From Anolis carolinensis (Eukaryota): 64,000 bases of DNA. The notes beneath the pieces were generated by a model. The model saw only the letters and a program-made list of their open reading frames with translations. It ran no database searches and was not told where the DNA came from. Positions within the stretch are counted from its first letter, which is position 1; each line of letters begins with the position of its first letter. The position numbers were made by a program, and so were the translations under genes. Positions 37,755 through 49,461 of this stretch are shown here, one piece after another. The stretch spans positions 18,036,024 to 18,100,023 of the forward strand of contig NC_085845.1 in assembly GCF_035594765.1 (NCBI RefSeq), in the 5' to 3' direction.

Positions 37755-38210
37755 AATTTATTTATTCTGATTAAATGTACAAAACACATATGAAGATCAA
37801 TATCAGTTTGCTATATGGCAATGGAAATTTTACAGACAAAAATTAAACACAGTTCCCCACCCAGTTAACATTATAAAACCAGCCTCCTCTTTAGATCAAA
37901 ACCGATAAACAGAAGAGGAAAAATGCTGTCAAGCAACATTGTGAGTTTTCAACATATTGTCAAATCACAGCAGCAGTCCCTTGAAACATGCAGAATCTTG
38001 TGTAGAAAGTCAGTTCATTCCCCATTAGTCAAATATTTTTAGCTTTGTCTGACCTTAACATCCTTGTGGTGGAGATACAACTTGTAAGCTCTATCAATAA
38101 CAGTTTCCAAACAGTTTCCAAAAGGTTGAAGATTGCTCCCAGTGACAAAAAGCAGTAGAAAAGAATGCATCCTGCAGTTAATTTCTTTGGGATATCAATA
38201 AGGTAGGAGT
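37755..38210 (+). pseudogene. Duplicated B/C-type promoter with internally deleted exon 1
   Basis: Aligns by eye with ~40575-40990 and ~54400-54760; ATGCATC (38165) joined directly to the exon end ...TGGGATATCAATAAG|GTAGGAG (38202). Confidence 0.85.
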
Positions 38211-39342
38211 GGCACATCACAAATGCATCTGAGTAATGTGTACAACAATGGAATCCAAAGTTGCAGTGCATCCTCAACACTAGCTAGAAAATAAATTTAC
38301 AATAGAAAGGAATGGCCAAGCCATTCATAAATGTGCTCCCCAAATAAGGGAACCAATGCTTGTTAATTCTTGATAATCCCAAAGTGTGCTGTGTTAAACC
38401 CCAAACATGACATTCATGCCACAACATCATTCACAAGAAGCTGTCTGGCAAGTCCTTAAGTAAGGTTTCTTCTCGACCAACTTTGTAGCCCTCTGGATCA
38501 AAGCTTCTTAAAGTTGGGGTCACATAAGTGAGTAGTTGGAATTGTGAAGTTTCCCCCCCAAAAAAGCATTTGGAGAAAGCAGAGGAATGGGTCTGCTGGT
38601 TGTGAAAAGGAAAAAGTGGTGCATTTGTGATACGTGATTTCAGCTCTGCAGAATCGTGGGTTCAGGGTCCCAGCATGCTTAGGCTCTGAAGGATCAAATT
38701 TAGACACAAGAGGCATGAAGGATCAGAGGTTTATTCAACGGCCAAAAGGGTCTTTTGGAAAGATAGCACTCTTAAATCAGACATAAAGTAACGGATTCAT
38801 ACAGAGAAATTATAAAGAACTGACAGGAATTTTTTAAAAAGGACCTTTGCTGCTCCAGGCGTTGATTTCTTATGATTTGCACCCTAATTGGTGGAGACAT
38901 GGCGACTGCTGTTGCAGGTGATTGATTCCCTGGCCTGGCAGGAAATGTAATAAATCGTCATTTCTCAGTTTGAAGCTTGTGGCTATTTTCCGTGTCTGCC
39001 TTCTTTGTGTGCATAGGGAAAGTTTTGGAAATGGCAACCTTCATTACACCTTCTCTAGCAATGTTTGTCTATTATCTTGTTGCTTACTGTTTCCTGTATG
39101 CATGTTCTGGTGTGCAGCTTCCTTTACGCTATGGTTTCTTGGAAGTTATGTTTTTCTCTCTCTTCTTTTGACTATGTGACCTGTTGAAGGCTGTTTTGTT
39201 ACAAGAGAGATGCCCTGGCTATCTGACACATTGAACCATCTCAAAGATATTTGAAACTGTACCTGTGTATGCTGAACACATTAAAGTTATGAGTAAGCCA
39301 AATATGATATTTCTATCAAAGTCTACTTCATTTTTGTCTTTT

Positions 39343-39640
39343 AGGTAAGGGTAAAGGTTTTCCCCAGACATTAAGTCCAACTCTGGGGGTTGATGCTCAT
39401 CTCTAATTCTAAGCTGAAGTGCCAGCGTTATCCGTAGACACCTCCAAGGCCATGTGGCCCACATGACTGCATGGAGCACTCCTGTCTTTCCACTGGAACA
39501 GTACCTACTGATCTGTTCACATGTGCATTTTTCAAACTGCTAGTTTGGCAGAAGCTGGGGCTAGCAGCAGGAGCATACCCCGCTTCCAGAGGTGCAAGTT
39601 CAGTAGCTCAGCGGTTTAATCCACTGCACCACTGGGGGTT
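39343..39640 (-). mobile_element. Sauria-type SINE (diverged)
   Basis: Homologous to 11484-11800. Confidence 0.8.
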
Positions 39641-40979
39641 AAGTGCATGATATAAACAAGTTGTTTTATGGGAGAGTACCTTTGGATATTGCTGGTTATT
39701 CAGTTTAACAACTGAAACCATTGCCTAGCATAATTATATTTGGTTTTATACCACAGGAGGAGATTCTACTCTAAAGGGGTTTTTGTCTCTTCTCTAAAAT
39801 GTTATGTTCTCTAATAGAAATGAATTTGGGCAAGGTTCAGGGTTTGATAGGTTTAAACCTCTCAGCTGGAATTTCACAATCGGTCCTGGCTGAGGAAACA
39901 ATGGGTGCTGAAACCTTGAGGTGCTTCCAAGGACAGATAAAGGCAGGGAGTTGGATGACTCAGAGACCTTCCACTGATACCCTACTAGAGATGCCATCCA
40001 CTTGCCTCATGTGATCAAATCCTAAGAATAGCTAGCAGTGGCAAACTAGGTGAAGGTGGCAAAACTGCTCCACATTACCAAGTTGATCTGGGAGTGGCGG
40101 GGTGGGTCTAGTAGTCGCTCCAAACTTTGAGATAGTCAGCTTTAACAAAAACAACAATAGTAATAATAATAGAAATATTTTTTACCTGTCTCTCTTCATG
40201 ACTCGCAAGGGGTGCATGTTGTGAATGACCTTTGACAGTACAACACAGTTAGAATACATAGATAAAACATAAATAATTAAAATACTTATATTAAAAGACA
40301 TAGACATTAGATAAAAACAAATTAAAATCATTCGTTCCAATAAAATCTAATTTTAAATTCATAGGTGAAATTTTCCTGAAGAACCTTGCTGGAAGAGATA
40401 GTTCTTTAATTTTGTTTTAAATTCTAACCGCTCATTTAGCTGTCAAATCTCTTCCAGCAAGTCATTCTATAGTTTAGGGTGGCCGATGAAAAGGTCATCT
40501 TGATGATATGTTCCAACTCCGAAACCTAACCTAACATAACCAAGTTCTAGAAAAAAAAAGATATCATACTTAGTATTTCTGATTTAAATGTACAAAACAC
40601 ATAGGAAGATCAATTAACTATCATCAATTTGCCACAAATCAATGAAATTTGGCAAGAGCTTTGCAGAGAAAAAAATAATGACACCTCTCCATCCAATTAA
40701 CATGACAAAACTTGCCTCTTCCTTAGATGAAATTGATAAACAGAAGATGAAAAATACCATTATGCAACATGGTCTGTAAAGTTCAAATGTATTGCCAAAC
40801 CACAGCAGCAGTCCCTTGGAACATGTAAAATCTTGTGATGGGAAATGACACATTAGTCAAGTATTTAGAACTTTGTCCAAGCTTGACAACCTTGGGGTGG
40901 ACATGCAATGTTTGATAAATGAACAGCAATGTCCAAACAGTCGAGGATTGCTCACAGTGCCAAGAAGGAGTAGAAGAGA

Positions 40980-41189
40980 ATGCATCTTTTGTTTGAGATC
41001 CCGTTGTTTCTCCTTATTACCTTCTTCTCCTATTTAGAGGCCTTGGTCAAGCTTTTCATTTCTGCAAAGAAAAAATCTATCCGTGGAGAACTTGTCCTCA
41101 TCACTGGATCCGGCCATGGACTTGGGAGAGCCACCGCTTATGAATTTGCAAAGCATCAGTGCAACTTAGTTCTGTGGGATATTAATAAG
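40980..41189 (+). CDS. HSD17B11/HSD17B13-like SDR, gene B exon 1 (300-aa protein overall)
   Basis: 210 nt; [26 protein letters not shown]...[18 protein letters not shown]...WDINK|GTAGGA; exon sizes 210/108/132/107/138/117/91 sum to 903 nt. Confidence 0.94.
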
Positions 41190-42514
41190 GTAGGAGAAAC
41201 ACATCTATGAATGCAGTTCAAAATTTGTTCTGTATTATGATCCCCTTTGGAAGGGCTTTGTCTTGAAAAGCACCACATACTATTTTCAATATACAGTATT
41301 TATATGAGAACTAATATTCTCATTAAAAATATTATTGCAAACATGTACTGCTTGTTCTTGTTATGAGTAGTTGCTCTTTCGTTGACTCTGACATATGGTG
41401 CCCTTGGATGCATCTACACTGTAGAGTTAATGTAATTTGACACCAATTAACTGGCGTTGGCTCAATGCTGTGGAATCATGGGAGGTGTAGTTTTGCAAGG
41501 TCTTTAGCCTTCTCTGCCAGAGAATGCTGGGGTCTCAGCAACAAACAAATCCCAGGATTTTATTGAATTGGGGCATAACAATTAAAGTGTTGTTAAACTG
41601 CATTAATTCTATGCTCTATAGGTACCCAGGTGCTGGGTTTTTGTTTTTTTTTGTTTTTTTGACATTTTTCACTTCTGATGGCTTGTGGCCATCAGAAAGT
41701 TTCTTATGTGTTTTCTCAAACTTTATGCTGAAATGTTTTTCAAAAAAGTAGGGAGATGATGCCAACTCGATATAAAGTAGGGAATTCTTGCATCAATTGC
41801 ACACATATACTCAATGTCAATGTATCATTTGGTCTACATTCCTATTGCTGTCACCAGGGGAATGAATTTTATGCTCTTCAGTACTCTGATTTGTTTCTGA
41901 GGCTTTCTTAATTGTAATTTCACAGCTTAATACTGCTGACATATACATTTGAAGTACTATATATTTCTGATGGATCAGCTATGTCTATTTGTTAATCTTC
42001 AAGCGTTTCATACTATAGATGTGTTCATTACATATAGTATTTTGTGGTTAAGAATTATTCTACTTTCTCCTTTTCTGCTACTCAATTCCTTAACAAAAGC
42101 ATATATCCAGAAGGCAGAAAGTTATTTTTTGGGACTACAGATCCTAAAATCCAATTGAAGTTGACCATAGAGTTGCTCTGAAGAACCTCGAGATTTCTAG
42201 AAATAATATAATAATCAAATCCATGATTAGTCAAATCCTCAAAAGCTAAGCTGGCAAATGTAGAGGGTCGTGCATAGTCAAGATATACACTCTGTGTCCT
42301 AGGAAATGACTTGGGCCAGCAACAAGCTGTTTAGTACCTTATTTTGCTCAAATTCTGTTTCTAGAAGGTCTCATAAGGTTTGGACAATAGCATCCTAGAC
42401 AAAGGGCAATAGCTTTCCACCAAGATCATGGAATGTCCACCAGCATCATGAAAAGGCAGGATATATATGATTGAACTGTTGTTATTGACAATGGTAATTG
42501 CTTTCCATGTGCAG

Positions 42515-42622
42515 GATGGTGTTGAGGAAACAGCTGAAGAATGCAGGAGACTGGGAGCCACGGCACATGCATTTGTGGTGGACTGTAGCAAGAGGAAAGA
42601 TATCTACAAAACTGCTGAGAAG
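42515..42622 (+). CDS. HSD17B11/13-like gene B exon 2 (GC donor)
   Basis: DGVEETAEECRRLGATAHAFVVDCSKRKDIYKTAEK|GCGAGA. Confidence 0.88.
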
Positions 42623-43105
42623 GCGAGACTTAAGTTCTGAACGATTTCCCAAATCTTGAAAAAGGATATCTATCTGTCTAGCTCTTTTTTGGTCTCTGTC
42701 TGCATCTGTTTCTATCTCTGTCTTTTGCTCTGTATTTGTTTCTAGCTCTATCTCTTTATCAACCTCTATCTCTTTATCAACCTCTTTCTCTTTATCTCTA
42801 TCAGAAGGCTAACCATATAATTTAGCTCCAAACTAACCTGAGATCGTGGTGGGCCAAAAATGCATGCTGCCAATGCGCACTACAGCATTTTAAAATTGAA
42901 ATCAGTGCACTAGAACGATTCCAGGAAAGTCCAATTTAAGGCATATAATGCACTGCATTATATTAGAAGATACAGTTTTTCATTTAGTCTGGACTTAAAC
43001 AGTATAAACTGAGGTGGTAACTTAAGCTTAAGTAGTTCTACTTAAGTAGAATGTAGTAGTAGAAGAGAGAGTCTACATTATAGGTAGGACCTAAATACCT
43101 TAAAG

Positions 43106-43328
43106 CAAGGGTCCCCAAACTAAGGCCCGTGGGCCAGATGCAGCTCTCCAAGGTCATTTACCTAGCCCCTGTCCTTATCTTTAGACTTAGGGTTGACCTA
43201 AGTCTGAAACGACTTGAAGGCACACAACAACAACAATCCTAATTTTAACTATTTCATCACAGTCCAGCCCCCCAACAGTCTGAGGCACCGTGAACCAGCC
43301 CTCCACTTAAAAAGTTTGAGGACCCCTG
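43106..43328. mobile_element. Short hAT MITE of the same TIR family
   Basis: CAAGGGTCCCCAAAC...GTTTGAGGACCCCTG; TSD CCTTAAAG/CCCTAAAG. Confidence 0.8.
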
Positions 43329-43334
43329 CCCTAA

Positions 43335-43470
43335 AGGCACCAGAACGTGTCTGATATTGGAGGCTAAGCAAGCTGATTAGTTCTTGGGAGACCACCAAAG
43401 AATATCAGGTGCTGTGGGCAGGAACCGGCAAAACCATGAAATTCATGGGGTCACCAAAAGTTCTCAGGCA
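43335..43470 (+). mobile_element. Degenerate 5S rRNA-derived SINE head
   Basis: GTCTGATATTGGAGGCTAAGCAAG...TTAGTTCTTGGGAGACCACC resembles 5S rRNA. Confidence 0.5.
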
Positions 43471-44187
43471 TTAACTCTTCCACTCAAGTCTTGAAAATGA
43501 ATGTGGTGGCTTCCTTAAATGAATGCATCCACTTTGAGTTTGTCCCTCAAGAAGGACAATGTACAATTCTGCATTTTGGGACCCCACATGTGGGTTTATG
43601 TTGATGTTGTTCCCATTCTCAGTAGAGCAGTCGCCAAGAGAACATGTAGATAGCGTTCAGTGTCAGAACCTGGAAACTCTTGGAATAAAAGCACGCTCAC
43701 AAAGACAAATCCTCGATACAGCTTTATTTTCCATCTTACCATAGGCAATAGAAAGACAGCTCTCAATAGTTCCCACTAATTTCAGTGTATATCATTCTGC
43801 TAAGCCATGCCCACTCCCACCAACTACATTCCATTCCCACCGGCACTAACTTACAGTTTCAATTTCCCCCAGTCCAGACAGCCTTATCTCATATGTGCTC
43901 CTATCCATTCTCCCAGCATCCCCCATCAACAACCATGTCATGGGGTGGACAGAGCAGCTCGTTCCAAGCTGCTACTGACATCCTGACAATCAGCATAGCA
44001 TGTTCATGTTTTTCTGAGAAGAGCCCTGCCAGATGGCTTTCTTCCATAGTCCTAAAACTTATGCCACAGATTCCATTGTATCTAACCCTTTCTGATAGCT
44101 CTGTCTCCTTGGTTTTACAGAAGAAAAAATCCTTTTACAGGCATGATAAACACTTCCCTAATATATATTCTTCACTTCATTTGAAAG

Positions 44188-44319
44188 GTCAAAGAAGAGA
44201 TTGGTGATGTGAGCATTTTGATGAATAACGCTGGTGTGGTAGCTCCGATAGATGTGGTGTCCACCGATGACCATGATATTCAAAAAATATTTGAAGTCAA
44301 CATTATAGCTCATCACTGG
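44188..44319 (+). CDS. HSD17B11/13-like gene B exon 3
   Basis: VKEEIGDVSILMNNAGVVAPIDVVSTDDHDIQKIFEVNIIAHHW. Confidence 0.93.
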
Positions 44320-44959
44320 GTAATAATTGATAAAATGTCTTGTGTTGCTAGTTCCTCCCTGTTGTAAGATCAAGTCTGCAAGCATGTGAACATGTGATAT
44401 TGTTGCATGGCTCAGGTTGAACAAGAATGTTCCCGCAAAATACTACAAGGTGTTTTGAATTTATGGAATTGGTTATGGTCAATATCAAACTAATTTTATT
44501 TCATCATTGTCTCATTTTAGTATTGTATTTGCAAGTAAAAAAAAACTGGGTTCTACTTCTAAATGGATTCTATTTTCTGACAGCAGTCAAGTCCTTAACC
44601 CTTGAGATAAGAGGGGCTTCCTGCATTTACAGCTGGCTACGTCCTAGGAAGACAGGAAGGCAGATCAAGCCATACCCTAAATGCTGCCAGAGATCCTTAA
44701 GACCAGGTTCCATAACCAATCTATGTCTGCATTGTGCCCGGGCCACCACGTATAGCCTCATTCCTAGCCTGAGTCCTCATGCACTCTTCTAAATATGTGA
44801 ATACTTATTGTATGTGCATTTAAATTGAGTGACAAAATATGGCAAGTTGAGGGTTGTTGTGTGTTTTTCCGGGCTGTATGGCCATGTTCCAGAAGTATTC
44901 TCTCCTGACGTTTCACCCACATCTATGGCAGGCATCCTCAGAGGTTGTGCGGTATATAT

Positions 44960-46042
44960 TCTTCTTCTTCTTCAATCGCACAGTCGTTTCCGACTCTTCG
45001 TGACCTCATGGACCAGTCCACGCCAGAGCTCCCTGTCGGCCGTCGCCACCCCCAGTTCCTTCAAGGTCAAGCCAGTCACTTCAAAGATACCATCCATTCA
45101 TCTTGCCATTGGTTGGCCTCTCTTCCTTTTTCCTTCCATTTTCCCCAGCATCATGATCTTTCACAAACTTTCCTGTCTCCTCATGATACTTCATATTTGC
45201 CCAGGGCCGGTTGATTATAAGAGGCCGCTGACGCGGCCGCCTTGGGCGCTGGCCGCTAGGGGCGCTGTCGAGGCGTCGACAGCGGCCCGTAGCGCCACCG
45301 ACGCCTCCGGTGTTGGCGCGGCCGCGCGGGGCTTCAATCCCGCTGAAACCAGATATGCCATTTTGCCCTTAGTCGACAAACTAAGGGCAAAATGGCCTAT
45401 CTGTGCTGTGCGCATGCGCACTGGCAGATAGGCCATTTTGCCCTTAGTTTGTCGACTAAGGGCAAAATGGCCTATCTGTGCTGTGCGCATGCGCACAGCA
45501 CAGAAAGGCCATTTGGCCCTTACTTCCTGGTCGCGGCCGCCGGGCGATCGGCGGCCGCGACCAGGAAGTAAGGGCCAAATGGGCTATCTGTGCTGTGCCC
45601 GTGCGCACAGCACAGATAGGCCATTTGGCCCTTACTTCCTGGTCGCGGCCGCCGATCGCCCGGTGCACAGCACAGATAGGCCATTTTGCCCTTACTTTCT
45701 GGTCGCGGCCAGGGCACGCTGGACGGGGGGCGGGGCCAACTCTGGCCCCGCCCCCAGCACTATTCGCCCTGGCCCCACCTCCCACACAGCGTGGGAGGCG
45801 GGGCCAGGGCATGCTGGGCGGGGCCAGGGCGTGGGAGGCGGGGCCGGTGGCGGGGGCGCTTTTTAGCACCCCCGCTTAACATTTAAAAATATCTCCGGCC
45901 GGCCCTGTATTTGCCTCTAATATATTTCCCTCCAGTGAGCAGCCGGGCATTATTTCCTGGAGGATGGACTGGTTGAATCTTCTTGCGGTCCAAGGCACTC
46001 TCAGGATTTTCCACAGGACCAAAGTTCAAAAGCATCTATCTT
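44960..46042 (-). mobile_element. RTE/BovB-like LINE 3' fragment, split by the hAT at 45202-45907
   Basis: CAGTCGTTTCCGACTCTTCGTGACCTCATGGACCAGTCCACGCCAG, the reverse of a BovB-type 3' end; a short plus-strand copy lies at ~14787-14855. Confidence 0.75.
45202..45907. mobile_element. Young GC-rich non-autonomous hAT element with internal palindrome array
   Basis: TIRs CAGGGCCGG/CCGGCCCTG; perfect 8-bp TSD TATTTGCC (45194-45201, 45908-45915). Confidence 0.92.
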
Positions 46043-46469
46043 CCTTCGCTCAGCCTTCCTTATATATATATATCTTACAACCTCTGAAGATGCCTGCCAT
46101 AGATGTGGGCAAAACATCAGGAGAGAATAATTCTGGAACATGGCCATACAGCCCGGAAAACACTACAACCCTTTGATTCCAGCAATGAAAGTCTTCGACA
46201 ACACATATGGCAAGTTGAGTTAGGATGTATCCATGCTGCATACTTATAGCAGATAATACAACTATAACTTCTCACATTAGTTCCACCCTAAGGAATTCTA
46301 AGATTTCATGAGAATTACAGTTTACTTGCAAAGAATTTGGAACATCCCATACATTCCACAAATTCCATCGGATGGTCAAAGTGATATCAAAGTGCTATAA
46401 TCATGTTAACTGGATACATCCTCAGAATATTCTATTTTATTTTATAATGCAGCATGTATATATTGTTTG

Positions 46470-46797
46470 GGGGGGGGGGGGCTGGTGGCACAGTGTATTA
46501 AAGCGCTGAGCTGCTGAACTTGCGGACCAAAAGATCCCAGGTTCAAATCCCGGGAGCAGAATGAGCGCCCGCTGTTTGCCCCAGCTCCTGCCAACGTAGC
46601 AGTTTGAAAACATGCAAATGTGAGTAGATCAATAGGTACCGCTCTGGCAAGAAGGTAACAGCGCTCCATGTAGTCATGCCAGTCACATGACCCGGAGATG
46701 CCTATGGACAACGCCGGCTCTTTGGCTTAGAAATGGAGATGAGCACCAATCCCCAGAGTCGGTCACGACTGGACTTAACATCAGGGGAAACCTTTAC
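46470..46797 (+). mobile_element. Sauria-type SINE
   Basis: Homologous to 21446-21782; absent from the corresponding intron of gene C. Confidence 0.88.
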
Positions 46798-46914
46798 TAC
46801 TTTATATATTGCTCTTCGGTCATAATATGGTTTTAATTACTGTTTCAGTCAAATATAAGGAACAGTTGCTTCTTACTGACAGTTATTTCCCCCCCACTTT
46901 TTGTTTACTTTCAG

Positions 46915-47021
46915 ACAACAAAAGCCTTTGTGCCGACCATGATGAGAAATAACCATGGTCACGTTATCACAGTGGCCTCTACTGGAGGCCATATAGTGAT
47001 ACCTTTTGTTGTGCCTTATTG
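46915..47021 (+). CDS. HSD17B11/13-like gene B exon 4
   Basis: [35 protein letters not shown]. Confidence 0.93.
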
Positions 47022-47728
47022 GTATGTATGACAAGAGTATTAATAGAAACCCAAAGGGATGCTTTTTCCAGTGCAACCATAGGAAATATTTCTGAGATTT
47101 TGTATGCCTGTTGTCTTCTCATAATGAGCCTAGATACTCTCTATGTTCACACATGATTCAGAAAATCCCATGTATGTATCTATGTATGAGCAGTATATTT
47201 TGGTATACACGGCATCTTCACTCCTTTCATTCCTGTCTTGTTTGTTCTTACTGACAAATCACGTTTGCTATTTTGACCACACACTGATGTTGCTTAGCCA
47301 CATGTGCCTGGTTTTCATTTGGAAAATATTGGGGAGTAAATGTGAAATGTACCATGTTCAACAAGATTGGTCAAACTGCCAGATATTGTTGGTCCACAGC
47401 TCTCATCTAAATCACCATCAGTCAGGGGGCTTTGATTGTGCTTTTCCTGCAAGGCAATGGATTGGACTAGATGGCCCATGTGGTCACTTCCAACTCTATG
47501 ATTCTATGTTAGACTTATCTCCACATGATTACAGATGGTCTAAATTTATTATTTTTAAAAGCATTAATAAGACTGTAACTCCACTCCATTTCTGTTAGCA
47601 GAGCTGATGGTGTAAAACACTGTGCCCATATGTTCAAGATCCCCCATTGCCCTCATTTTATGTACAATTGTTGCATGCTACTTAATAATATCTGAATTCT
47701 TCTCCTTCCTCCTCCTCCTCTTCTTCAG

Positions 47729-47866
47729 CTCATCTAAATTTGCTGCTGTCGGGTTTCACAGAGCTTTGACAGCTGAGCTGACTGCATTGGGGAAGCATGG
47801 AGTTAAAACATCATGCGTCTGTCCTATGTTTATAAAAAGCGGTTTTGTCAAAAATCCATCTTCACG
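47729..47866 (+). CDS. HSD17B11/13-like gene B exon 5
   Basis: SSKFAAVGFHRALTAELTALGKHGVKTSCVCPMFIKSGFVKNPSS; YCSSK catalytic motif. Confidence 0.93.
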
Positions 47867-48740
47867 GTAAGGAAGTGGGACACCAGCATTTTTTTAAAAA
47901 ATCCTAACTTTATGAGTCTTCCCAGCAGCTCCTGTCCTTTCCTCTGTCCCTTTGGTCCTATAGCTCAGGGAAGGACAAACCTGCATTCCTTTTGATTTTA
48001 GAAAATCAATATTCCCTTTAGTTCTCAACCTACAGAATGGCTGGGTCTGAGAAGAACTGGAGTCCAACAACAACTGGAGAGTCAAGTAGCCCCAGGCTTT
48101 ATTGGAATTGATGTCCAGTTTACAGTGTTATCCCCCCTTCCTTCCAATAAATCTATTTTAAAGTTTTAAAAATAATGTCCTTGATGTTAGGATATACTAT
48201 GTGATGAAGATGAAACATCATGGAAGTCAGGAGGGCTAATTAAACTTGCTTGTGATACATAAGATCCATTATTGTAACTTCTGAGGTCTTCATTTGTCTT
48301 GTTTTGATGTCTTGGTTGTTAGGAAGGAAGCTTGGAAAAGTTGTTTTACTGGACTGCGTTAGCTAGGGGATTTTGGAAAAATGCAGTCAAAAATTAACTT
48401 CCCTGACTTTCAGGTCAATTGCCATTAGACAGAAATGCCTTGAAGACACATAAGAACAATCTCATGTGTTGGGAAACATATAGTTCTCCGTATGCTTTAA
48501 GCTATAGCTTAATCATTCCTTGTCATTCGTCATGGTGGCAGGGACTTCTGGAAATTGAGGTCTTTGATTTGAAGACATCTGGAAAGCTAAAGATTTGCAA
48601 ATCCTATCATCTCTCCTCATTTCTGTAAAGTTTTTCTTGTAGGAATTTGAGTTTTGATTCCTGATTTTGCAGAATGTCATGATCTCTACTACCCCACATT
48701 AATTGCAGCTGGTTATTGTCAAATGCCCCTTATTATAAGG

Positions 48741-48875
48741 CAGTGGTTCTCAGTCTGTGGGTCCCCAGATGTTTTGGCCTTCAACTCTCCGAAACCCTAA
48801 TAGCTAGTAAACTGGCTGGGATTTCCGGGAGTTGTAGGCCAAAACACCTGGGGACCCATAGGTTGAGAACCGCTG
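48741..48875. mobile_element. Short hAT MITE (second copy at 59449-59583; related at 16401-16531 and 35391-35516)
   Basis: CAGTGGTTCTCA...TGAGAACCGCTG; near-perfect 8-bp TSD TTATAAG(G/T). Confidence 0.75.
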
Positions 48876-49201
48876 TTATAAGTGATGTCCTTTATTTCAG
48901 AGCTAAAAGGCTTGTTCCTTGTAGGGCTGTTAGGTGCCCCTTGTTAGAAGAGTTATGACATATTTGAGAGTTGGAAAAATATTTTTCTGTGTGGACTTTA
49001 TGTAATTTATATGGATGTGTACAGTATACTAAGTTGATTGAAAGGGATACTTGTATTTGGTATAGAACACAAATTTGTTCGTAGCTACTTCTCAATTGTC
49101 ATCTTTGCATGTTCATGAATTTTAAGTGTCCCCATTGCTAATTTGAAACTCCAGCAATACTATATGCAGTGCTAAATGCAATGACTTTTTTAAACATTCA
49201 G

Positions 49202-49318
49202 GATCATGCCACCTATGGAGCCAGAGTATGTTGCAAAACAAGTAATGAAGGGTATATTAACCAATGAGAGAATGATTTTCATTCCACCACTTCTGAAATT
49301 CATTTTAATGCTGGATAG
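49202..49318 (+). CDS. HSD17B11/13-like gene B exon 6
   Basis: IMPPMEPEYVAKQVMKGILTNERMIFIPPLLKFILMLD|GTGAGT. Confidence 0.92.
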
Positions 49319-49461
49319 GTGAGTACTGTGAACAAAAAATAACCATTTGCTATGTCTTGCCATTTAACAACCCAAACCTCATAAAATATTATCTTCATTG
49401 ACCTTTTTGGTAATTCAGTTTAGAAAAACTATGTTAACACTTTCGCTTTCTTCCACCTCAG

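Larger units (their letters stand above)
44851..46205. mobile_element. Penelope-like inverted terminal fragments (44851-44950, 46075-46205); similar pair at ~17350-17552
   Basis: GGCTGTATGGCCATGTTCCAGAAG...GACGTTTC and its reverse complement. Confidence 0.65.

Noticed and set aside
44829-45886. ORFs of 130-200 aa
   Set aside because: They cross Penelope/BovB/hAT junctions and palindromic GC-rich repeats; not protein-like.
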